From NCBI GenBank assembly GCA_965208575.1, contig CBDBOV010000001.1, positions 472,783 through 536,782 of the forward strand: 64,000 bases of DNA. The letters run 5' to 3'. This document shows positions 57,287 through 64,000 of this stretch, in pieces (the stretch's first letter is position 1; each line of letters starts with the position of its first letter). The translations under genes were made by a program, and so were the position numbers. Under the pieces are notes generated by a model. That model did no database searches. It saw only the letters and a program-made list of their open reading frames with translations, and was not told the DNA's origin. This stretch comes from Spirochaetia bacterium (lineage in GTDB: Bacteria > Spirochaetota > Spirochaetia > SZUA-6 > Bin103).

Positions 57287-58663
57287 CTAATGCCACGACC
57301 AGAAGCCGATCAGACCGTCGGCCACGCGGCGCGGTGCGAGCGTGCTGTCCGCCTTCGCCACCATGATGCCGGGGCCCTGCTGCGTATACCCGGCAAACAG
57401 GATGTTGCGGCTGTCCGGCGACCACACGCGGGCGGCGAGGTAGAACTGGTCGAACTGCTGCACCACCTGCATGAACTGCTGGGTGGGCACGAAACTGTGG
57501 ATCTCGCGGCTGGTGTCGCGGCGCAGGTTGTGCACGTGCAGGGTAAGGAACAGCGTCTGTTGCTCCTCGTCCTCGGGGTTGACGTACGTGCCGGGCACGA
57601 AATAGGCGATCTTGTCGCTGTCCGGCGACCAGAAGAATCCGATGACCAGCGTGTTTTCGGTCAACACCAGGGGCTCGGTGCCGCGCGCCTCGGCGTCCAC
57701 CACGTGCAGGTTGGCCTGCACCCCCTCCTCGTCGATGGTGCGCGTGATGTATGCCACCCGGTTGCCGTCCGGCGCCCAGGCGAAGGTGGGCGCGGTCCGT
57801 GCGCGGTGCAACACCCGGTACAGCGATCCGTCGCGGTTGGTCATGACCAGTTCCGCCTGGTCACCGGCCTGCGCCGCCACCAGCAACCGGCTGCCGTCCG
57901 GCGACCACGCCGGTGTCTGGAACGCCGCCGGCCGCACCGCCAGTCCTTCCTCGTACACGGTGCCGTCCACGTTCAGGAATGCCAGCCGCGAACGGTACGC
58001 GGCCCCGGCGCCGCCGGCGTGCACGACGATGGTGGTGGCGTCCGGCGCCCACGACCAGTAGAACGGATTGCCGGCGTCCAGCTTGGTCGCTTCGCCGCCG
58101 GCGGCCGGCACGATCTGCAGCGCCGAGGCGGTGCTGCCGGCCGTGGAGGTGAGGAAGGTGAGCCGCCGCCCGTCCGGGGACCAGTACAGCGTGTGCGGCA
58201 GGTACTGCCCGGAGGAGAACGCCTGCACGATGTTGGTGCCGTCCGGCGCGGTGGTGAACACGCTGCTGGTGGTGGCGATCTGGTCGTTGCCCTGGTAGCC
58301 GATGAATGCCAGGCGCGAGTCGTCGGGCGACCACGCCGGAAACTGGTAGTAGCGGATCAGCCCCTGGTTCTGGTCCGGGATTACGGCGTCCACGGTAACC
58401 GGCACGCGGGCGCCGCCGGCCTGATCCATGGTGTAGATGTTGCCGTCCGAACCCATGATGGCGATGCGCCCCGACTTGCGCTCCACGAAGCGCAGCAGCG
58501 GGCTCTGCTGCATGCTCGCCCGGTCGCCCGAACAGGCCGCCAGCAACAGTGTTGCCAGCACCGCCAGCGCCGCCAGCGCCGCCGCCATCCAGCGCCGCAC
58601 GAACGGCGCCGCCGGCCGGGTGCCGTCCCGAGGCCGCCGGGCGCGGGTGGCGGATCCCGGCAT
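57287..58663 (-). CDS. TolB-like beta-propeller lipoprotein (PD40 repeats), paralog of the neighbouring gene
   Basis: Lipobox LLAAC, repeated WSPD motifs, shared SPLL...RK.GRI...G.DGNI..DQ.G segment. Confidence 0.82.
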   Translation of the reverse strand: MPGSATRARRPRDGTRPAAPFVRRWMAAALAALAVLATLLLAACSGDRASMQQSPLLRFVERKSGRIAIMGSDGNIYTMDQAGGARVPVTVDAVIPDQNQGLIRYYQFPAWSPDDSRLAFIGYQGNDQIATTSSVFTTAPDGTNIVQAFSSGQYLPHTLYWSPDGRRLTFLTSTAGSTASALQIVPAAGGEATKLDAGNPFYWSWAPDATTIVVHAGGAGAAYRSRLAFLNVDGTVYEEGLAVRPAAFQTPAWSPDGSRLLVAAQAGDQAELVMTNRDGSLYRVLHRARTAPTFAWAPDGNRVAYITRTIDEEGVQANLHVVDAEARGTEPLVLTENTLVIGFFWSPDSDKIAYFVPGTYVNPEDEEQQTLFLTLHVHNLRRDTSREIHSFVPTQQFMQVVQQFDQFYLAARVWSPDSRNILFAGYTQQGPGIMVAKADSTLAPRRVADGLIGFWSWH

Positions 58664-60009
58664 CAGCCGCCCGCTCCCGCCAGCGCCGCCTGCGAGGCGT
58701 TGCGCACCGGGTCCACCTGCTCGGTAACCGCGTCCCAGTCGAAGCTCACGCTCAGGTTGGGTTCCAGCCCCGCCAGCCCCACGTCGTGTCCCGTGGAGGT
58801 GCGGTAGGAGGTGCTCGAAATCATCACCCGCGAGCCGTCCGGCAGCGGCACCAACTGGCTGGCCTCGATGATGCCGCCGGTGCGGGTGCCGAACAGCACC
58901 GCGCGGCCGACGCTTTGCAGCGCCCCGGCGAAGATCTCCGGCAGGCCCTCGGTGTCGCGCCCGACCAGCAATGCCAGCGGCAGCGTCTGCGAGCCGGCCA
59001 CGTCCTGGCCGGCAATCACCAGCGGGATGGTCTCGCCGACCGAGTACATCTCGCCGAGGGTCCCGTTGCCGAACATGGTGAGCATTTCGTCGAGCGGCCA
59101 ATTGCTGCCGAGCGCGGCGATGCGCAAATCCAGGATTACCCCGCGCAGCGCCACCTCCTCACTCATCACGGTCAGTGCCTGGGCGACTTCGGCGCCCTGG
59201 GTGGAGGTGCTTTGGCGCGGCAGCAGGATGTAGGCGATGTCGGTTTCCGGCAACAGCGCGTAGCGCACCCGGTTGGCTCCCTCGGTAAGCTGAACGCGGC
59301 CGCGGGTAACCGCCACGTTGCGCGGCTCGGCGTTGGGGGTGCGTACGGTCAGATTGACCACCGAGCCGGCGGGGCCGCGGATCCGGTTCACCACCTCCTC
59401 GCCCTCGTCCACGCTGACCGGAATGCCGTCCACCGCCAGCAGCGCGTCGTGGTCGCGCAGCCCGGCCTGCTGCGCCGGTGAGCCGGGCATCACCGACAGC
59501 AGGATGACGCGCGGCTGCGGCTCCGCCCGGAACGCGACGTAGGCGCCGATGCCCTCGTAGTTGCGTCCATCGGTCGACTGCCGGTCGATGCGCTCGTCGC
59601 GTGACTGCCAGACCGCGGCATCCCGCGGCAGCTCGGCCATCATGTCGCGCACCACGTCGGGAAACTCGCTCGAGCGCAGCAGGCCGAGCACCCGGGTCCG
59701 GTAGCGGCTCTCCAGGTCGTCCCACGGCACCGAGTGATGTTCGCTGAACACGTAGTGCTCGCGCAGTGCGTCGACAAGCTCGTCGAAGGTGCGCAACTGG
59801 ACGCTCAGGGCGGATTGGCTGTCGCCGTCGCCGCCGCCCCCCTGGTCGCGCGTGCTCTGCTCCTGCTGCTGCGTTGCCGCGACCGAGAACGGGGCCTTCT
59901 CCGTTTCCGGCTCGTCGGCGTCGGCGCAGCCGGCAAGCGGCAGGATCGCGGCGGCGACCGCGAGGATGGCGAGGAAGGCGGTTGTGGAACGATTTCGGTT
60001 GCTTGACAC
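58663..60009 (-). CDS. S41/CtpA-like lipoprotein with PDZ domain and degenerate active site
   Basis: Lipobox LAGC, YEGIG, PGSPAQQAGL, IRGPAGS, ILDLR. Start uncertain. Confidence 0.8.
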   Translation of the reverse strand: MSSNRNRSTTAFLAILAVAAAILPLAGCADADEPETEKAPFSVAATQQQEQSTRDQGGGGDGDSQSALSVQLRTFDELVDALREHYVFSEHHSVPWDDLESRYRTRVLGLLRSSEFPDVVRDMMAELPRDAAVWQSRDERIDRQSTDGRNYEGIGAYVAFRAEPQPRVILLSVMPGSPAQQAGLRDHDALLAVDGIPVSVDEGEEVVNRIRGPAGSVVNLTVRTPNAEPRNVAVTRGRVQLTEGANRVRYALLPETDIAYILLPRQSTSTQGAEVAQALTVMSEEVALRGVILDLRIAALGSNWPLDEMLTMFGNGTLGEMYSVGETIPLVIAGQDVAGSQTLPLALLVGRDTEGLPEIFAGALQSVGRAVLFGTRTGGIIEASQLVPLPDGSRVMISSTSYRTSTGHDVGLAGLEPNLSVSFDWDAVTEQVDPVRNASQAALAGAGG

Positions 60010-60161
60010 GATGCTGGCGGGTTGGCGCTTTATACCCAATGATAGCGGTTCCCTCCGGTGCCGGTAAACCGGCCGCGTGGACGACCTGCGGAGCACCGGG
60101 CGACACGGGGTATACGTCCACGTTGACACGAAGATAACGAGACGGCTATACAACTACGCCT

Positions 60162-61499
60162 ATGCTCGACGGGCTCACCAGCAAGCTCGGGGACGTCATC
60201 CGCCAAGTCTCCGGGAAAACGAACATCACCGAGAAAAACATCCAGGATGCGGTGCGCGAGATCAAGGTAGCCCTGCTGGAGGCAGACGTTAATCTGCGCG
60301 TCGTACGGCGGTTCGTCAACCGTACCACCGACGAAGCACTCGGCGCGCGCGTGTTGCGCGACGTTTCCCCCGGCCAGCAGTTCACGCGGATCGTGTACGA
60401 GCGCATGACGGCGTTGCTTGGCGGCGAGCGTGAAGGCCTGGCGCTGAAGGGCCCCGATACCCTGTCGGTGATTCTGCTCGTCGGTCTGCAGGGATCGGGC
60501 AAGACCACCACCGCCGCCAAGCTCGCCCGCCATCTGAGCGGACAGGGCCGCAAGCCGCTGCTGATCGCCGCCGACCGTGTGCGTCCGGCGGCGATCGAGC
60601 AGTTGCAGCAGCTCGGCACCGCCCTCGGCGTGCCGGTATTTGCCGGCGACACGGCGGGCCGCGGCGACGCCGTCGCCACCGTGCGCGACGGGTTGCGCCA
60701 CGCGCGCGCCGGCGGCAGCGACGTCGCCATCGTCGACAGCGCCGGGCGGTTGCAGGCCGATGCCGCCCTGATGGACGAGTTGCGCGAAATTCACAAGACG
60801 GCGGCGCCGCGGGAGACGCTGCTGGTGGCCGACGCGATGACCGGCCAGACCGCCGTCGAAGTAGCGGGCGAATTTGATCGTCAAGTGGGGCTCAGCGGTA
60901 TTATCCTTAGCAAGTTCGATTCCGACACCCGCGGCGGCGCTGCGCTGTCGATCCGCGAGATCACCGGCAAGCCGATCAAGTTCGTCGGCACCGGTGAATC
61001 GAACGATGCCCTGGAGCCGTTCCATCCCGACCGCGTCGCATCGCGCATTCTGGGCATGGGCGACGTGGTCACGCTGGTCGAGCAGGCGCAGGAGACCTTC
61101 GACCAGGAACGCGCCGAGCGCCTGGTGCGCAAGATGCGCCGGCGCACGTTCAGCATGGCGGACTATCTTGACCAGCTCGCCGAGTTGCGCAAGATGGGCA
61201 GCCTCACTTCGCTGGTGGAAAAGCTGCCCGGCATGCAGGCGGCCGTGGCATCGGGGGCGGTGAACGAGAAGGCGTTGCGCCGCGAGGAGGCGATCATGCT
61301 TTCCATGACCCGCGCCGAACGGAATAATCCGAGGATTCTCGGGCCAAGCCGTCGCAAGCGGGTGGCGCGCGGCAGCGGCACGTCGGTGTCGGAGGTGAAT
61401 CGCCTGGTGCGCAAGTTCGACAAGATGGCGCTGGCCATGAAGAAGATGACCAAGAACAAGAAGATGCAGCAGCAGTTCCTGGCCCAGATGGGCCGATGA
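60162..61499 (+). CDS. ffh: Signal recognition particle protein
   Basis: ALLEADV, GLQGSGKTTT, DSAGR, RILGMGD, M domain. Confidence 0.97.
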   Translation: MLDGLTSKLGDVIRQVSGKTNITEKNIQDAVREIKVALLEADVNLRVVRRFVNRTTDEALGARVLRDVSPGQQFTRIVYERMTALLGGEREGLALKGPDTLSVILLVGLQGSGKTTTAAKLARHLSGQGRKPLLIAADRVRPAAIEQLQQLGTALGVPVFAGDTAGRGDAVATVRDGLRHARAGGSDVAIVDSAGRLQADAALMDELREIHKTAAPRETLLVADAMTGQTAVEVAGEFDRQVGLSGIILSKFDSDTRGGAALSIREITGKPIKFVGTGESNDALEPFHPDRVASRILGMGDVVTLVEQAQETFDQERAERLVRKMRRRTFSMADYLDQLAELRKMGSLTSLVEKLPGMQAAVASGAVNEKALRREEAIMLSMTRAERNNPRILGPSRRKRVARGSGTSVSEVNRLVRKFDKMALAMKKMTKNKKMQQQFLAQMGR

Positions 61500-61540
61500 T
61501 CCGGGCTGGCGCGGATCGGCTGTTGAGGAGTGTGGCAGAT

Positions 61541-61801
61541 TTGAGTGTCAAGATTCGATTGAAGAGATTCGGGACGCGCGGGCGTCCGTTCTACCGGCTG
61601 ATCGTGGTCGATACCCGTGCGGCCCGCGATGGGCGCGCCATCGAGGAAGTTGGGCTGTACCACCCGATCGAGCGGGAGGAGGAGCAGCAGGTTCGCCTCA
61701 ACGAGGAACGAATCAAGTCGTGGCTGCGGCGCGGCGCACAGCCGTCTCCCACCGTTCGCCGCCTGTTGAACAAGAGAAACGTCCACATTACGCGGACCTG
61801 A
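61541..61801 (+). CDS. rpsP: 30S ribosomal protein S16
   Basis: [19 protein letters not shown]...RDG..IEEVGLY, GAQPS. TTG start with GAGGAG. Confidence 0.95.
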   Translation: MSVKIRLKRFGTRGRPFYRLIVVDTRAARDGRAIEEVGLYHPIEREEEQQVRLNEERIKSWLRRGAQPSPTVRRLLNKRNVHITRT

Positions 61802-61877
61802 GCTGCGCGCAGCCGGGCGCAGGCATGGGCCGCGGGGCGCGCGGCGGCCGCGCGGCAGGAATGGCAAGGAGCATGTG

Positions 61878-62111
61878 GTGGAGAAGGAACTCGTCGAGTT
61901 CATAGCGAGGGCGCTGGTAGACGAGCCTGACGAGGTCGTGGTGAGCATGATCGAGGGCGAGAAGTCGACCATTCTGGAGCTTCGTGTCGGCGCCGACGAC
62001 CTGGGCAAGGTAATCGGCAAGCACGGCCGGATCGCCAAGTCGATCCGCACCATCCTCAGCGCGTCCGCCACCAAGACCGGCAAGCGCGTGGTGCTGGAGA
62101 TTCTCGACTGA
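61878..62111 (+). CDS. khpA: KH-domain RNA-binding protein
   Basis: [11 protein letters not shown]; conserved position between rpsP and rimM. Confidence 0.92.
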   Translation: MEKELVEFIARALVDEPDEVVVSMIEGEKSTILELRVGADDLGKVIGKHGRIAKSIRTILSASATKTGKRVVLEILD

Positions 62112-62227
62112 TACCCGATGCGGGCGCGCGCCGTGCCTGCATCGGGAAGTGGACTCATCGCGATGGTTCTGCCGTGGATGGATTTCTCAATGGTGCTGCC
62201 GTAGTGGCCGACGGACAGGCGAACACC

Positions 62228-62746
62228 GTGGTCGACGAGGCGGCGAAACTGGCTACCGCCCGCCTCGGTGCGCCCTACGGAGTGCGCGGCTTTCAGGCGG
62301 TGCGCACCTACTCCGGTGATACCGAACACCTGTTCCGGCTCGCCGAGGTGGAGTTGCGCGAGTCACGCAGCGGCCGGTTGCGCACCGCCGCCGTGGCCGC
62401 GGTGCGCCGGCTCGGAGACAAGGTGGTGATGAGATTGCGCGGCGTAACCACGCCGGAGCAGGCGCGCGAATTCAGCGGCTGGGAGCTGTGGGTGCCGCGC
62501 AGCGAGGCCAGCACGCTTGCCGACGGCGAATACTATGCCGCCGACTTGTGCGGCTGCACCGTGTTGCACGGCGGGCAGGCGGTCGGCACCGTAACCAACG
62601 TCCTGGCGGCCGGCGGCGGCGACATGCTGGAGGTCGCCGACGGCGCCGGCACCTCGTTCATGGTACCGTTCCGGGAGCTGTTCGTGCCGGTGCTCGACAT
62701 TGCCGCGCGCCGTATCGAGCTGGCCGAGGAGTTCGAGCGCCCGTGA
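62228..62746 (+). CDS. rimM: Ribosome maturation factor RimM
   Basis: PYGVRG, GEYY..DL.G, VPF; synteny. Start uncertain (62174-62228). Confidence 0.9.
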   Translation: MVDEAAKLATARLGAPYGVRGFQAVRTYSGDTEHLFRLAEVELRESRSGRLRTAAVAAVRRLGDKVVMRLRGVTTPEQAREFSGWELWVPRSEASTLADGEYYAADLCGCTVLHGGQAVGTVTNVLAAGGGDMLEVADGAGTSFMVPFRELFVPVLDIAARRIELAEEFERP

Positions 62747-63426
62747 AGTTCACCGTGCTCACGCTGTTTCCGGAGATCTTCGACGGATTCCTGGAGTCCA
62801 CCATCCTCGGACGGGCGCGGCGCAGCGGGCGCGTCTCGGTGGAACTGGCGCAACTGCGCGATTTCGCCACCGACCGCCACCGTACCTGCGACGACTCCCC
62901 GTACGGAGGCGGCGCCGGCATGGTGCTGCGCCCGGAGCCGCTCGCGGCCGCGCTCAGGAGCCTCGACGCAGCGCGCCGCTGGACCGTGTACCTGTCGCCG
63001 GGCGGGCGCCTGCTCACGCAGAAGGTGGTGCACGAGTACTGCCGGCGCGAGTCGATTCTGCTCATCGCGGGCCGCTACGAGGGCATCGACCAGCGCATCA
63101 TCGACGGCTTCGTCGACGAGGAGCTGTCGATCGGGGACTATGTGCTCGGCGGCGGCGAGGTGGCGGCGATGGTGGTGATCGAGGCGGTGGCGCGGGTGGT
63201 CGACGGCGTGATCAACCGCGAGTCGCTGCGTGACGAGAGTTTCGCCGGCAACCTGCTGGAGTATCCGCACTACACGCGGCCGGAAGAGTTCGACGGGCAG
63301 CGCGTGCCGGAGGTGCTGCTGTCGGGCAACCACGCCCAGATCGACGAATGGCGTTACCGGCAGCGCCTGCTGAAGACCAGACGCCGACGGCCCGACCTGC
63401 TAACCACGGAGGAAGAACATGAGTAA
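62743..63426 (+). CDS. trmD: tRNA (guanine37-N1)-methyltransferase
   Basis: [42 protein letters not shown]. Confidence 0.97.
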   Translation: MKFTVLTLFPEIFDGFLESTILGRARRSGRVSVELAQLRDFATDRHRTCDDSPYGGGAGMVLRPEPLAAALRSLDAARRWTVYLSPGGRLLTQKVVHEYCRRESILLIAGRYEGIDQRIIDGFVDEELSIGDYVLGGGEVAAMVVIEAVARVVDGVINRESLRDESFAGNLLEYPHYTRPEEFDGQRVPEVLLSGNHAQIDEWRYRQRLLKTRRRRPDLLTTEEEHE

Positions 63427-63775
63427 TCTCATTCGCGAGATCGAGCAGACGCAGAAGCGCGACGACCTGCAGCAATTCGCCATCGGCGACACCATTCGCG
63501 TCCACTACCGGATCGTGGAGGGCAAGACGGAACGGATCCAGGCCTACGAGGGCATCTGCATTGCCACGCGCGGCAAGGGTCTGACCAGGACCTGCATGGT
63601 GCGCAAGATCTCCTACGGGGTGGGCGTGGAACGAGTGTTCCCCGTGCACAGCCCCAAGATCGCCCGCATCGAGGTAGTGCGCCGCGGCCGCGTCCGGCGC
63701 GCCAAGCTCTACTACCTGCGCGACCGGGTGGGCAAGGCGGCCAAGGTCAAGGAGCTGATCGGCGGCAAGCGCTGA
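63419..63775 (+). CDS. rplS: 50S ribosomal protein L19
   Basis: [14 protein letters not shown] and [10 protein letters not shown]. Confidence 0.97.
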   Translation: MSNLIREIEQTQKRDDLQQFAIGDTIRVHYRIVEGKTERIQAYEGICIATRGKGLTRTCMVRKISYGVGVERVFPVHSPKIARIEVVRRGRVRRAKLYYLRDRVGKAAKVKELIGGKR

Positions 63776-64000
63776 TCGCTGCCGCGAATCGGCCTGCGCG
63801 CCCTGTCGCCGGCGGCGGCCGCGGTAGCCGAAAGGTGATAACCTCGGGCGCGAAGTTGACGATACTATTAGCGAGGATTCGCTTTGTATCGATTCGCCCC
63901 AGGGCGTGCGGCAGCATCCGGTCCTGCGACCGGCATGCCGCCGCGCGAGCAATAGATGGCATGCGTCGGGCGGGTGACCGCTGAAGCGCCGCCGCCACCC

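Overview
High-GC bacterial chromosome segment. It is most consistent with a Spirochaetota organism: SMC is short and hinge-less, there is a PUR/DUF3276 protein, and many solute-binding proteins have 'FAGGEGE'-type leaders. The left ~49.5 kb is accessory. It holds paralogous peptide- and sugar-type ABC transporters, two sulfatases, a GH172, SDR/AKR/PhyH oxidoreductases and a sigma54 two-component module. Interleaved with these are an IS3 element, a MITE-like repeat (one copy hosts a group II intron with apparently non-canonical ends), Fic, DUF6338 and HEPN/MNT genes, and several pseudogenes. A visibly lower-GC 5.9-kb island splits a sugar ABC operon. It encodes an amino-DNA methyltransferase, a PRTase-like protein, an ORC/CDC6-like AAA+ ATPase and an unknown protein, and is the best candidate for an uncharacterised defence system. 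A tRNA-Gly(TCC) separates this region from core genes: smc, rnhB, an FtsH-like protease, a three-lipoprotein operon (two beta-propellers plus an apparently inactive PDZ-S41), and ffh-rpsP-khpA-rimM-trmD-rplS. All family calls come from motif recognition by eye; no searches were run.
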